DNA of 64,000 nucleotides from Lingula anatina (GCA_051362555.1 CM120643.1:11816644-11880643), one strand, 5' to 3'. Positions 29,899 through 54,964 are shown, numbered from the stretch's first letter. Numbers and translations are program-made. Notes: generated from the letters alone by a model not told the origin.

Positions 29899-31016
29899 CT
29901 GAAATAAAATATACAAAGAAAAATCTGATATTAATGTCTTTGCTTTTTGTGAATATAGTTATCACAAAATATGATAAACTAAAATTTGCATAGTTGTTCC
30001 CAAAAAATTCTTGAAACAGACTGCATAAATAATGGAAATGGAGAGCTTAATTGTGCAGATTTTTTCTTAAAACTTGCCAACAGAAGAGAGATGTATCTAC
30101 ATGTATGTCTTGTTCTTCACATGTTATTACTCTTTTCCTATAACAAAAAAAAAAAAAAAAAGTAACTTTTTAGAAAAAAACAGGGACTAACTTTGATTGC
30201 AGAAATGCATTCATTAACCATTGGTAAGCATGGGAAAAATTGTTGTTTACTCCAGAAAAATTCAGTTTTTGGTTTCAACGAACACTCATTATCCCTTTTA
30301 GGCACTTTATTTCAAAGAGAGATTTTTATTTATTTATTTGTTTATTTATTTATTTATTTTTTTGGAAACATTATTTTTTTATCTGTCGCAAATGTCAACA
30401 GGACCAAATAGAAGAGGAACATCTTTTTTCTTACTGCCTAGCCTAGTGTGCTGTGCTTTGCTAAAACCATAGCAGCTCCAATATCTTGTTGCTGTTAACA
30501 AATAATCAAATAAATACTCCAGGATACACAGTGATTTCACTTAATTTAAATGCAAATGTCAACATACTACATGAAAATAAAAAAGTAAAGCGTGCACTAA
30601 TCAGCAGTGTAAAACATGACAATTAACGAGTGATCCTTGCTTCAGAAAGAGATAGAATTTCAGTTGAAAGAGAATCTTTTTTAGGCGAGTAACTAAGAAT
30701 TAGTGCAGTAAGCACTATGCTAAATGGTGAAGCAGAAAAATATTGTCTGATCAACTAGCTCTGCTCATGCTACTGCAAGGGAATTTCTCTCTCTCTGTCA
30801 GTACGTTGGGCCATGAAATTTTCTTGTCCCATTTCCAAATCACATTGCAGCACAGAGATATAGCATTCATATTCATTGCCTTGGAAATTAAAATTGTGTG
30901 TTGAGGTTCATCATTGCTTCTACTTTTCAAACAGGTGTGAGATAATTTACTTAGTGGTTTAGGTGTTTAGAAACACAGCCATAATGGCAGCAGAGAAAAT
31001 GCAATGTGTGCAAAAA

Positions 31017-31047
<31 letters not shown>

Positions 31048-31226
31048 AAATAAATAAAATAAGAAGAATGCAAAACGAATTCCTCAGTGTCAAAGTGTAG
31101 GGATTCATGTACGTGTGCGAACACGATAATTCCAGTTAGTTCTTATTAACATTAGGTATAGCTTTTCTGGAAAGATGTGGTTGGTCCTGAAAAGGACCGT
31201 TTTGTGCAAATCAATGACTTGTTGAT

Positions 31227-31453
<227 letters not shown>

Positions 31454-32373
31454 ATCACTTCTAGTTTACACCTCAAAACGGCCCTTTTCAGGGCCACTCA
31501 CAAATTCCTGGAAAAGCTATACCAAAAATGAATGAAGAGTAAAAAGATTAATATGCAATAATGGTCATGAATAGGAATAGTTATAAAATAAAGGGTAGAA
31601 GACACGTTCCCTTAATATTTAAGAATGGTCAGATTGTTTTTAATAACACAATAGTTACAGAATTTGTCAATTTAAACTAGTATTTACATGTAGCATTATT
31701 CCATGCTCATACCATCACTACACAAAAATGAATAATTAAACTCACATCAGTAATGCATACTGTTCAAAGATGCACATAAATTCACAATATATCAAACAAA
31801 TGGCACACACATTGTGGAAATATATAATATTAGACGAAGAGAAATGGCATTTAGATTTGTTTTTACCGAGATGGATGACACAAAATTATAAACACTGCAA
31901 TTAAGAATCAATCGTTGAATTTTCAGTACATATTCATACTTAATGAAAATGAAGAAGAAAGAATCTCAACTGTTTTGCGAGTTTTGCAACATTGCCAAAG
32001 AGACAATGTTTCATGTATTTTAGGAATGACCACATGTACAAAATATCTGGACTTGCCTTATTAATGCTGTAAGGGAAAGTATGAAAACGAATATAGAGAG
32101 ACATCCCATCCCAATTCCAGCTTTAAAGATGATCCAAAAATAACCTCTGAGAACAGAATCTGAGACAGGGGTGGTGGTGATGGTGGTGATGGTGGTGGTG
32201 GTGGTGGTGGGGGGGGGGGGGGGGGTTTGGCCAGAGTTTTTGCTTTATTTCTCCCTTAATGTTGACAAAACCACTCTTCCAGTACTTTATACTGACTACA
32301 AATTTATACTGACTACACTATAATGAAGATAAAAATTTTTGTTGACAAAACCACTCTTCCAGTACTTTATACT

Positions 32374-33210
32374 TTTATGCTTTATTCATACTTTCTGCAC
32401 CAGACTGAGCTGGTGAAAATGTACATATAGATAAGGTAATAGCAGCAATAATAATGATAATAGTAATAGCAAAATACATAGATAAATAGCACCAAAATAC
32501 ATGTATAGAAATGTATCAATGTTTCTACTATGTGAACTAAATCTTCGTATTTATAGTAGTTATTGATAGACATCATGAAGTTGAAGATGTAGCACAGTTT
32601 CTTTTGTTAAAAGCAAGGTTAAGGAATTTGGCCAAGGAAATTATCACTGTTTCGTTTGGATTATTCATTATAAAGTGGAATTTATCTTTGTTGTTTAAAT
32701 GTGCAAAGCACGTGTGGCTGCTTTGTATTATTTTAAAGAGTTCTTTTCTGTGTTCTGTATACAGAGGGCAGGTAATTAAGAAGTGTTCTTCATCCTCTAT
32801 AACTCCAGAGTGGCAGATTTGGCATTTTCTGTCTTCGACTGGTGTTGGTTTACCCTTGACGTGGCGACCTGTTTCTATGTGCAAATTGTGGCTGCTGATT
32901 CTGAATTTGGTTAAGGTTTGACGTTTTTCTTTATCTTGTATTATATCAAGATATTTTTTTTTCTCAAAATGAAGTTTGAAAGTTTTATACCTTCTCAATT
33001 TGAGATTTTCTTGCGATATCCTACTATGCCAAAGTTGTATACTACTGTCTCTAAGTCTAACGCTAAAAGATTTCATGAAGTTTTTGTCTACTTTCTGTTT
33101 GACCCATACGTCTCCGAACCCATTTTCTACAAGAATTTTCTTTACTCCTTCACTCCATGACATACTGTGGCGTGTGTTGTGAAGGTTAGTATTTGACAGT
33201 CAGTTTATAA
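32374..33210 (-). mobile_element. Second copy of the 14623-15463 LINE fragment at the equivalent spacer position
   Basis: ORF 32573-33163 differs by ~3 aa; same flanks. Confidence 0.85.
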
Positions 33211-34787
33211 TATACTGACTACAAATGACCAAACACACCTACTGGTCACTATAATGAAGAAAAAAATTTTTCAACCCTATCTGGCCAAAATTGAAGAAAA
33301 TTGACAGTGCCGGTGGGCACATATGAAAATCACTCAAAATCACCCAGAAACGACCCGTCTCCGATTTTTTCCAAACGTGATGAAAATCAATCTACCACAC
33401 CTGTCATTCATAAAAAATGTGTTAACGCCCCCGGATCACTTCATTAAAGCCCCAAAATTCCAGCTTTAAAGATGATCCAAAAATAACCTCTGAGAACAGA
33501 ATCTGGGGTGGGGGGGGGGGTGGGGGGGGGGGGGGGGAGGGGGTTGGCCAGAGTTTTTCCTCTATTTCTCCCTTAATGTTGACAAAACCACCCTTCTAGT
33601 ACTTAATACTAGACAGTTTCAGCATGTCTGCAAAGTGTTCTTACTTGGTCTTGTACAACAATTTAAGATAAAGGCTTGTATTTATTTAAGTGAAAACGTC
33701 CTGGAAAACGTTAAAGAATATTCTTATCTGGGCAAAACCTTCACCAATATAACCTTATAATAATATAACAATATTACCAATATAACCTGCACAACTTAAA
33801 ACAAAAAGTAATGAAGGCCATGTTTGCACAAAAAAGCACTTTATCCTCCAAAAACCTACTCCTACTCCAGTATAACAAATGATAGCAGATCCTTACAGAT
33901 ATAGTTAAATCCATGCAAAACTACTGCATCAGACTTAAAAATCTTTGAAATACAAGAATATTGAAACAAACATTACACAAAAAATACATTGCCAAAATGA
34001 GAATAAGTGACCATGAGCTGGTGATAGAGACAGGCAGGCACATGAAAATCCCTCTGGAAGAAAGAACCTGCACACATTGTAAAACAGAGGACAAGTAACC
34101 TTTCTTCCTCACTTGCAGCAAGTACCAAACAGAGCGACAAAGCTCAATTCCCTCCCAAATACTGAGAGATAAGATTATGAATTAGCAGGCAGTGATCAGA
34201 ATTATTCATCCTCCTCAACCCTCAAGGTCATAAATCAATATTTATAGCACAATGGATAAGCCCATCACAGTAACTTTTAGCTTGGATATATATTTTATCC
34301 CTTATTTTAACATATATTTATATTTTTGATGTAAGCATAAGAAAGTAGTGTTAGAAGTAGCTTAGACAGCACACAATGTTTAATTGTTAAACAAAGTATT
34401 ACAATCTTAATTTCTTAATTGAGCTGTTATAATCTGAATCAAAGGCGCATAAGGTGCTGAAATAGTACATAAAAAAAAAAAGAAAAAGAAAACCACTTTA
34501 ATATTTAATTTGGTGTATTTTGTTCTGAGACTATGACGTTTCTTTGTAATACTGGTCTGTATTTCATTGTGCACAAGTTCGCATTTTTTTGGGCCCTATT
34601 GGTACCCTATAGGAAAGGAGCTGTTACGGAAGTCTTGACGTGGGAGATTAAAAGCATCATAAACGCTAGTCATGTTAACGACCAGTATAATTTAGATGAA
34701 GAGACTTGAACATAATAGGCATAGCTTTTCACGAGTTTTGGTGGTCCTGAAAAGGACCGTTTTGAGCAGTAGAGCTAAATAATTCGT

Positions 34788-35138
<351 letters not shown>

Positions 35139-35671
35139 TCAATTTTCGGCCTATAAATACCCTACTATCCGACGCCAACGACCTTAGGCAGCATATGTTA
35201 ACTTGATTGGCCAAAACGATCGAGTCACTCTCCACGCAGAATCCCTTCGCTCCTCTCAGTTAGCAATGATCCACTGCTTGGAGATTATTATTTGATTCAG
35301 AAAATTGTTCTCTGTGCCCTACACTAAACTCTTAACCCTAAGCATGAGTACATTCTCATATTTTCTTCCTAAAAGCTGATTTCAAGAAAAAATTTATGGA
35401 AGTTTCATATGGCAAAGGTTTGTTAAGTTTGTTTTTACAAGGATTTACAAACTTGATGATACACACAGAAATATAGCATATTTGTGCACTCTGCCTCGGA
35501 TTCAAAGCTGCACATTCTAGCGCACCTGTTTGGGAGTAATGAATATTCAATAAATTTGTGAAGATACCATCCAATCATATTTGCCTGAAATAGGGCAGGA
35601 ATTTGGGTCACCCAATCACCAAATAGACCGCCTTATTACAAATCTCTGTGGCATATTTCACACAAGTTATT

Positions 35672-37191
<1,520 letters not shown>

Positions 37192-38632
37192 CTTCTTGAT
37201 TTTATATCTAACAAAACGGTCCTTTTCAGGACCACCTCAACAAATCCAGAAAAGCTAGACCATTACGTGTTTATATATTGATTCAAACCTCATAAATTAA
37301 TGTTCTAAACTAAAGGAATAAAATGCAATTTATTTGTCTATATATTCAGTCAGTGTGCCCTGTAAAGCATACGGCCTTGGAAATTACTTGTAATTGCTGT
37401 AATTCTTACAAATTACTTTTTATTTTCATTCGGTGTAGCCTCTTTTATAAAGTCAGATTCCAAAAAAGGGTTATGTGCAGACAGACGTGTCTCTACATAC
37501 TGATGTCACCTGCGTCGGTCATTGCTATGCCCTGTCACCGATAACATGTGAACTTTTACCTGTTGGCTTGAAACTTAAATAATTGAGGAAATTTCAGTAA
37601 ACACAGGTTAAGTTCGAAAATTGGCATGATAAGTCCATTTTTTTTTAAGTTATGCTGTTTTTTTTTTCTTTTTTAGAATATATATGTATCACATTTCAAG
37701 GAAAACCAATAAACCTATTGTCTTGAAACCTACAGGAGTTATCAATCTTATTGACATAAAGATTGACTTCAAAAATCAGCTTGATTGGACCAATTTTACA
37801 AAAGTATAATGCTGTTTTTCCCTTTTTTTTTGGCATATATGCAACATTCAAGTTAATAACACAGACATATTGCAGTATCAGACAGTAATCGAAGAATACA
37901 AAAATGGAGTGCACCTTTTTTAGATTGTTCACTTTATATTGCAAGATGGACTAAGGCTTTCCAAGGACAATGACCACTACAAGCATTATGTATTGTGGTA
38001 TAGCAAAAATGAGATGTAATACAAGTTACTTTTAATCATCTGTTTACTTTGATTACAAGGATAAACTGCATCTTTACAAAGCAAACTTAATATTTGTATC
38101 AAATACACAAAATGTCTATAACATTTCTATAAAAGCAAATGTACACCAGTCTACCTTGTTTCCCCCCTCCCAAATGCCAATACAGATTTCACACACAAAA
38201 AAAAGTAAACTTTGAAACAATATGCCACTTTCAAATGCCAATACAGATTTTGCAAAAAGTAGACTTTGACCAATATGTCAGCTAGATCTTCTGCTTCAAA
38301 TTACTGAATTCGAATGTCTTTCAACTGCAGGCATCTGTTCAAAGATGATGTCTAGTATATCTCCTGAATAGAGGCTTTTCACCTGGATAGCCTCATTGCC
38401 TGATGAAGATGCTCTGCTAGACATGAAAATATCAGAGGTAAACTATTTCAATATTTAGCTGTTGATTGAAGGAATAAAATCACTTTATTCTTATAACATA
38501 ACACAGCTGATGAAATTCTTTTCAGGCTTCTATTTTGCTGCTGACTCCTCTAACTCAATCTGGAACCTCTACCGCCTAAGCCAGCACTGGATGCTGTATC
38601 ATCTAACATATTCCACATCATTCCCAGTCTTA

Positions 38633-38848
38633 GACTGCATTCCCACAGATTTAGATCAATCCATCTGGATCGACCTAACTCCCTGGAGGTTCATGCTAAA
38701 TTGCTGTCAGCCGAGCACCCACTATATTTAATTACCCCCTTACAGCTTTTAGTAGGCGGGACAGACATTTAAGACGATTAAGCTGACACCAATCTAGTGA
38801 GACTCCCCAGGGGGATAGATCGATCTAAAAATCTGCGGGAATGCAGTC
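38633..38848. mobile_element. Tourist/PIF-Harbinger-type MITE, 216 bp
   Basis: TIR GACTGCATTCCCACAGATTT / AAATCTGCGGGAATGCAGTC, TSD TTA; empty site in spacer copies (CCCAGTCTTACTT at ~10412). Confidence 0.85.
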
Positions 38849-38932
38849 TTACACACTCTGTTTGTTGCATTAAAACAAAATGTAGTTTTTTTACAGGCTT
38901 TTTATGCAATCCTTTGTGTTAAGTAAACTCTT

Positions 38933-39636
38933 CTATGAGTTTGGAGATAATGCAGTCTGTATAGTTAATCCGTGCATATCCGCTATTTCTTGTTCTAGAG
39001 CCTGAAATGAAAACAAAAATCTGATATACGTAAGTGTCTGTGTTTTTTGTAATAAAAATAAAGTTATCACAAAATTTGCATAGTTGTTCTCAAAATAAAT
39101 TTTGAAACAATTTGTATAAATAATGTAAGTGGAGAGCCTAACTGTGCAAATATTTTCTTAAAATGTGCCAACAGAAGAGAGATAGATATATATGCCTTGT
39201 TCTTCACATCTTATTACTCTTTTTCTTTCATTACCTTCCGAAATAACATTAGAAAAAAAAAAAAAAAAAAAAACTCTGGCCTACCTCTGTCACCATTCTA
39301 TGCTGTTGAACTATTCTTTTTCCTTTAAAATCTGGAGCTTCTACATACACCTGATACATACTTCCACAGCTACCTGGTGGACAAAACAGATACTACCTTC
39401 ATTATACTTTGGTTGATACATGTACTATGAACAACAAAAAATGAAAAGCCTAGGGCTGCCAAGTCACCCACATTCTAAGTAGATGAATTCTGAAAGGGAT
39501 TAGTATAATCATCCACAATTCACTCATCATATAACGACACTTAAATATAGAAATAGTGAAAGTATTATATATCAAAGCAGCAGAGCTATCAAAAGTACAG
39601 ACAAAGGTAAGTATTATATAAACCAATACTGTTTAA

Positions 39637-39667
<31 letters not shown>

Positions 39668-41175
39668 CTAAAAGTAAATATCAATGGATATTGTTGTTGC
39701 ATAAAGGAGTTTGATACATACCAATCAGGCCTGCAGGCAGTGGGGTTTGGGGGATTTACAGGTACCCACTGACAAGTACCATCAGAAAATGACTGGGTAA
39801 AATTTGATTTAGGTACATGAAGGTTTCATGGTAAAGGGTCCATTTTCTCAGAAAGAGAACCCCCTTCTTTGATCCGGCTGGCTACAGGCCTGTCAGTACA
39901 TATTATACAGAGCTTACAAGGAAGAGATATTCATCAGTAAATCTATGAAAATTATCAAGCTGAAAACTAGTTGAAGTAAACCTAGAGTTTTCCTTTTATA
40001 TTCTTGTAAAGATTAAACTGAAATTCCATTCTCCAGTACAAACATCATAAAACAATTATATTGTTACAATGTCAGTAAAATATCCATATTCCAATTTTTA
40101 TGTAATTAACAATTCACAATCATGACTATTTACCTGGCATGGCCTCTAGTACTCTGATATCTGTGGCCTTAGGAAACTTTTGTTTCAGAACCTCAGTGAT
40201 TTTGCTTTCCCCAGGAGTCATTTGAGGTGGACTTTCTGAACCCGTGCTAAAGCTTTGTAACCTGCATGCTGCAGTCCATGTTGGAGTTTGGGAAAAAGAT
40301 CTCAACAACTGCAATGAAAATCAAATAACTACTACTCTATAACTATATAACTACTACTCTAAAAGGCCATTTCAATTTCCCTATTACAGTGGCAGGGTCG
40401 ATCTATCTCCAAGGGGATTCTCACCAAAATGCATTCAGTTAAAGTGTGCACGAAAGCTAATTACCCCCCTAGCAGCTTTAATGGGTGTGACAGTCATTTG
40501 AGCTGCTTAAAGTGAATGCAATTTAGCAAGAATCCCCTTGGAGTTAGATCGATCCTGCTGGTATGACATGTTTATGGGAACCCAGTCTAAATCTGTCTAT
40601 AGTATTGCTCCAAAATAAGTGTATGCAGTGTGATCATTTGTGAAAAAACATACTGTACAGTACAAAGATTTAAAAATTATATGTAAACCATGCAAAGCAC
40701 ACAAAATATGGAATTGCTTGATCACTGCATGATGAAGCACGAAAATTCATGCGTTAGCACTCCTATTGACGATTCTGATATGTATTGTCTGTGCTAAGGT
40801 TGCAAAATGTGGCCAGTTGCAAAATGCGGCTCCACTTGCATTTATGTGAAAATCAGCTGTTCTGAGGGTTGGGCTTAATATGTACTCAAACTAAAAAGGG
40901 ACATTTTCAGTCCATATGCTAGCAGTCAGTCATGTTTATTCCTGCCATAAGGTAGCTGCTACATGCTTACATAGGATGGCTAGGGAGATATATGTACAGT
41001 GAATCTTTTGTACAAAAAGAACAACCCCAAAAAAACAGCACAGACAGTACATATCAGAATCATCAATAGGAGTGCTGAGCCTGACACATGAATTTTCTTG
41101 CTATGCATGATGGCACTAGACAAACGGTGCCTCAAGCACAGAGTTGTAAAATAACGAAAAAATGCTGATAAGGTA

Positions 41176-41209
<34 letters not shown>

Positions 41210-41626
41210 AAAAAAAAAGATTTTATACATATAGTAGATAGAGAAGAAAAACGGCAGATTTTATAACACTGGTAAACATACAGGAATAACCAATCTTAAT
41301 GAAAAAAAAAAACTCAAAAAGTATTCAGAAATTTTTACTGAGTACTCATTTATCATGTGGATATAGAAGGTAAAGTAATGGCACTTTGTAATTTGTTGTC
41401 TCGTGGATGGGCTACTGGGTATATTGCCAGAATTGATATATACTAGTACATGTACATGTTCAGAATTGATATGATGTAACATATACATGTACTCAGTATA
41501 CTACAGTATACAATCAACAGGTATGAAAACACGTTATGATTATAGAGACAACGTTGTTAGGTCAATCTGTGTACGTTGTTACTATACCTGAAGACAGGCT
41601 CGCCGACAAACTGTTATAACATTCAT
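38933..41626 (-). CDS. BOLA3: BolA-like protein 3 (mitochondrial Fe-S maturation), 4 exons: 41626-41588, 40308-40134, 39373-39285, 39001-38933 (~123 aa)
   Basis: GT-AG junctions in phase; ESKITEVLKQKFPKATDIRV...GSCGSMYQVYVEAPDFKGKRIVQQHRMVTEALEQEIADMHGLTIQT. Confidence 0.9.
39726..39892. mobile_element. Short MITE-like element in BOLA3 intron
   Basis: Imperfect TIR CAGGCCTGCAGGCAG / CTGGCTACAGGCCTG. Confidence 0.5.
40388..40560. mobile_element. Palindromic MITE related to 38633-38848
   Basis: TCGATCTATCTCCAAGGGGATTCT ... AGAATCCCCTTGGAGTTAGATCGA; shared core TAATTACCCCCT..CAGCTTT. Confidence 0.65.
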
Positions 41627-41912
41627 TTTGTCTGCAAAATTTACTGAAATCCCTCCCCCAGCAAACGTCCCCCAGTCACTGCACGTTATGTATATTTGAG
41701 TGAAAGTACCCAATGGCGATTCGTCGTAAAATGGCCTAATTATTTTCAAACCCGTCGAAATGCCTCATAGCTACGAACAGCATTCTAAAACTGATCAGCA
41801 TGTCTTCTGTAGTATATGTACTAACCAAATATGTAACAAAAGATCTCGGAAAAGACGACAATCACAAGTTAAACATTTTCGCGCGCAGAAACTGGGTCAT
41901 TATTATTTAAAT
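41627..41912. promoter_or_regulatory. Bidirectional promoter BOLA3/DECR1
   Basis: 286 bp between divergent ATGs, locally CpG-rich. Confidence 0.65.
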
Positions 41913-49576
<7,664 letters not shown>

Positions 49577-52500
49577 GCCTGTGCAATATTTTAAACAACT
49601 TTCTAAGTATCATTTCTTTAGTGATGTTCAAAATGTTTAAAGATCAGTATTCATTAAATGTAAAGATTATAATGCTTCATCAAATTAAGGCAATGTATTT
49701 ATATACTAAAAGTCTGAACAGTTGTTAAAAAAAACATATCAGTCATATCTTTCAACAATTTTCACACTTTAAATGTAAAAAATATTTTGTTTTAATTTAA
49801 GAACTATACATTTTGCATTTGGTAGACAAACAAAAAATAAGTAATATGTGATGCCAACAATTAATTCAATCTATTAATTATTCAGAGCATAAAGAAGAGG
49901 GACAATCATTTAATGAACTACTTCTTTATTTTTCTTTAAAAAAAAAAAACATGCCTTAGTAAACATTCTTTTCTGCACTTGTAAATATTACATATGGATT
50001 TGTGTAATGTTGTGATTAGAAACACTTTCAGAATCTTATGTTTGGAATCTTATATTTATATATTTTGTATTTACTGGATAAACTTCTTACAGTATTTAGT
50101 AGAAATTCCTTAAATCTCAAGGTAATTCTATGCACATTTCAGCACCGTGAAAACAACAAGAATTTTTAACAGAATTTCAGAAATGATGACGCCACACAGT
50201 TGGCCTCTGGTTCAGAGTATGTTTTAAATGGGGTCATCTCATTGACAGTATGCAGCTTTGCTAGGTAAAGTTCTGATATCTAGAACATTTCAAAAACATA
50301 ATTTGCAGACCAACAAGTGATAATGAATATGATGAGTCTGATTAAAGAACGGCAGTTAAAAAAAAAACCTGATCCCATTTTAAAAGTTTTTCAGTGTCGG
50401 TGTGTTTGAAAAGGAATTGTCAAATGCCAGATGTACTGAGTGAGTCACGAAATAGATATTTCCATAGAACTGATATCTCCTTTTTTTATTCCCCCCCCCC
50501 CCCCCCCCCCCCCCCACCCAAGTTTTGTGGCATTACAACACTTATCTTTTGCATCATGTTGGATATTCATAATGCTTTGCGTGTAACTTCTGTATTGTTT
50601 GCTATTTTGGAAAGGTTAGACCCGCCTCATGTGGAATCTCGCAAGTTTTCTGGGCAGATTTTTCGTTCAGGTTATCTCGGATGATTCCCATGTGCAAGCC
50701 TTAGCCTTGCCCATTAAAAATGTCATAAACTCAGCAGGCTACTGTATATTTGACTACAATTTTACAGAACTTGGCAACTCTGATTATCTTCATTATTATC
50801 TTTTTTCACTGGAGATCAATCAAGAAATTCGAGCTCCACTCGATTTAAGTGTGCATTTTAATGAGCCTTTCTACGTGCACACCTGAAATCAGGGCCTTCA
50901 ACAGGTAAGCGCTTGTGCCACATTTTACGGGCACAAATTTGGACGACAAAATCCAATGGCAAAATATGCAATTACTCCTTAAACGTAATATTTGGAGAGA
51001 ACTTCTCGTCTTTACACACGAAAAAACGACAAAACGCCTGAGCACTCGCGATCACCTACTTAATGAAATCATTTGATACTTCAGAACCCTGCCTTCGATT
51101 TTTCTTTAACGCCTTGGTTCAGATTTTATTGTTAATAAGGCAAAATAATGCTGCATTGTAAGTCAGAGGCTCATACCTCCATGATAAAAACATTTAAACG
51201 AAAGTGGCGGCATGGGATTGATGCCCTTGCTTCTCGTCATGTATGCCTATTTTCGTAAAAAGATCTTGGGATTAGGGATGAAGTTAGAGTCTGTTAGACC
51301 CAATACCGTTTGCAAATACACAAACTGGAACAAGAGGAAGCGTGTTAATCTGATTGCTTTCAGCGAGAGTCCCCTCGAAGTTGGATCAATCAACATAGAA
51401 CGCTAGTTCTGATGGGAATGAGGTTTAAGTCTTGTTTCGGAAACGTAATCCCTCTGGGTGATTTTCCAGAATTAATACAAAATTCTAACAGATCTATATC
51501 TTATCAAAGTGCTAAATTGAAAAACAGAACGGACTTTTCAAATGCTAAAAAAGGCTAACAACAGCTTCTGACATGTAGGCCTACACAAAGTTTTCTTACA
51601 AAATATTTTAAAAGCCTCTTGTATTTCCTCATTACTATATATCACGAACTCCAGGTCAGATCCGCAATATGAATATGAATAAGAATTTTATTTTACTGTC
51701 AGTGTTCCTCTTCTCAATGCAGATACACTAAGTACAAAATATAAAATGTTAAAATGAAGAAAATCATTGTCCCACGTCGTCTCTGAAAGCCAGGCTACAC
51801 TATAGCAGCCTATGCTTTGCGAGCTTCTTTTTCTTTATAAAAAGGAGGCCTAATATCAGTAACATCCTAGTAGCATATCACAATTAATTTCGAGTTGCAT
51901 TTTGCATTATTTGCAGTCTCCAAAACTTAAAACAACCATATCTACCCATAGTTATATGTGTTTATATGTTCACGGACATGTGCTTGGGTGTGGCGGAGCA
52001 GCTATACAGATTGTCCATCTCGGGAAGAAGGTCCACGTCGTGAAATACAATGCAGGAAAAATTCCCGTGTTTCATCGCTTCTAGAAACCCGATGTTCATC
52101 AGCATACCTCGACTGAATGTACAACCTTTAGCCTAGCAGTGGTAATAAATAATAGTCAAATGTTGTAAAAATAATATAAAAAATTCCGATTCTTTCAATA
52201 ATAATAATAATTATTATTGTTATTGGCTACCACATAAATGCGGATGACACTCAATTATACCTTTTAAGGTATAAAACTGTAATAGTCTTGAGCCTGAGGA
52301 TACAATAATCAAAAAGACATGCCATTTCCGATTTGCGACGATGGAAGATCAAAACGAAAATAAATGATGGTAAAAGAGATTTTTGTTCCAAACTTTTTTT
52401 TTTTTGTAGATAGATGATAGACCCATAATGAACTGATTTGATTTTCATAAGGATCATGTATTGTTTATATATAAAAAATCCTGACGTATTGACATTCTTA

Positions 52501-54631
52501 ACACCAGTGATAGAGGCTACGTGAATGCGTCAAAGACAGTGATTAATGACCACTTACGACTGTATAGAAATCTCTTCCTTTGTAATTTATGACAATGAAT
52601 GAATGAATGTTTACAGACGTGTTAAAAAACAGTTGCTTTCATGTCTGATAAAAATTTTGTTTCAGTGTCCATTACTTAGCTCTGCCGATCAATAAACAAG
52701 ACAGCCGGCTAAAAATATATATTTCTGTGCACCACAAGGTGGCCTCTGCAATTTTGTTGCTACCACTCAATAGGAGTGTTCTGCTTTATAGAATAAATTA
52801 ATTAATTTGATAACATGCACTAGCCTATCTGTAAAATTTACAATTTACACATTGAAAAGATCGAAGCATTTATTTAACAGGCTAAATAAACTCTTATCTT
52901 ATCTTATGTTAGATATCTTGTCAGGTGCCTTACGTGCACGCAGTAAGCCACCAGTAAGGTAACATTAAGAAGATTATTGCATGTTCTCATTTCTCATCAG
53001 CTCGTCTCATTAAATTGGATAGTGAGGTCATGTAAGTCATTAGTTTTATCAAACTGGCAGCGGTGAAAGTATGCCGCTGCATAAACTGAACTTCTAGGCT
53101 GCAAGCATACCTAGGCCTATATAAAACAACGCTCATTATACAAAGCAAGAGAGTGATTAAACTACTAAGGGACACTAATCGCGTTTTACTTTACAATTTC
53201 ATGAAGTTATCGAAGTTATCACTTTTTTCATATTTTATCTTAACCAGCTGTATTAATACAACGTGCAACTAACTAAACCATTATAATTAAAAACAGACAT
53301 CTGTCACGATGCAAAAATATAATGGGAAGGTCAGAGGTAGCTGGAGGGGGGGGGGGGGGTCTCTAACCTAAACCATTTGGAAAAGCATCGCACAGGTCTA
53401 TGATGCTACTTCCTGCATGTTCTGTTGGAAGAGACTGACTTGGCATCAAGGTAAGCACACTCCAACTCCGTTAATTTCCTAACAACATGTTGCACGTGAT
53501 TATCCTTCTTCTTAAACAAAAACGTTATCGACACCTGTACATGTGACACAGCACCCGAAACAAAAAGCAGCACCAATATTAGGGTACCCAATACACAGCC
53601 GGGTACAGGGTGCCACTACTTAAGTAGCATGCGTTACGGTAGCAGCCTTCCACGTTTTATATGTAAGTTATAGCGAGGTAGAAATATACATGTAGCAACC
53701 AGGCTTGATAACTATTGATTAGCTGCTTTTCTACAGCTCATTTTCACAGCATCTCTATCCTGCTTCAAATCTGCTGCAAAAACATTGCGAATATGATAAG
53801 CACATTGTCTGTGCTTAATTACTACTACTCAGACTTAGTCAATATGTGGGCAAACAAGTTACTACCCCAAATCTGTTGCAAAAACATTACGAATTTGATC
53901 TTAATAAAATTGTATGCGAACAGAGATGCCCATTTGTGCGTTTCGGTAGGTCCCCTCTTCACATTTTCTCGCTGCCATATATCATTCATTATTTTACTAT
54001 CCTTGGAAACTTTACGATAACGTACGGAATTTGCACATTTTATTCATATATTGTTATCCATATGAAGGTAATATGTAAAAACAAGACAGCAAAGCTGTCA
54101 AATGTACAGACAAAAAACAGAAAATAAAGATGCAAAAAAGGTCATTTTGTCAATTTTGATGCAATAATAAATAATGCTTATAATAGCACTGTCAGTCAAC
54201 ACTGAATTTTAATCTTGCACAACAGGTAACATGGTCAATAACAGGAGCGGACCCAGAGATATTTTCTGACAGTATTACAAAGTATCTATGTTGATCCATC
54301 CTCCATTTTGATGGTCTTCCAACAGAAAAAAATAGATACCAGTCAATATAAACTTAATAACCTGACTGTCTTCAGGAAGACCCAGAAGATGGTCCACCCC
54401 TTCAATAAAATTACAGTTTCAGGACCATGAGAGTTCAAATTCACATTATGAAACTCTCAATATTTGAAAAATGATGACAGTGCATAAAATAATATTACAT
54501 AATGTTTAAAGACATAAAAAACAATACAACTGCTTATGTGGAAATACAGAAAATGTGCAGAGCCCCAGGCAGATGAGAGTTAAAAGTCACAAATGCAAGT
54601 GTTTGAGAAAAAATGATAAAGGAAAACATAA

Positions 54632-54870
54632 CAAAGCTAGAAAAGCACTTTGAGAGTGCAGACCTCTGCCAAGGCAGCAATTGTTGATTATTATTGATAA
54701 TTGATTGATTATTGTTCCAGACCACCACCAAATATTAATCATTGTCCTCTTTGGCCCACTTCCGACAGTTCCTGAAAATTTCTGCAAAATCAGTCCATAA
54801 CTTTTTGTGTTATGTGGATGACAGACAAACGGGGGTGAAAATATGACCTCCTTGGCAGAGCTTGAGGTAA
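54632..54870. mobile_element. Non-autonomous Helentron/HINE-like MITE
   Basis: Subterminal inverted repeat CTCTGCCAAGG (54664) / CCTTGGCAGAG (54850), hairpin GCACTTTGAGAGTGC, GACAGACAAAC microsatellite remnant. Confidence 0.6.
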
Positions 54871-54916
54871 ATATAATTCCAATGAAGATGCTATTCAAAC
54901 TTTTAATCTTCCAGTT

Positions 54917-54964
<48 letters not shown>

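Noticed and set aside
50560-53630. Possible decayed minus-strand secreted-protein gene (signal-peptide-like stretch at ~53540-53630)
   Set aside because: In-frame stops in every candidate frame and no identifiable homology.
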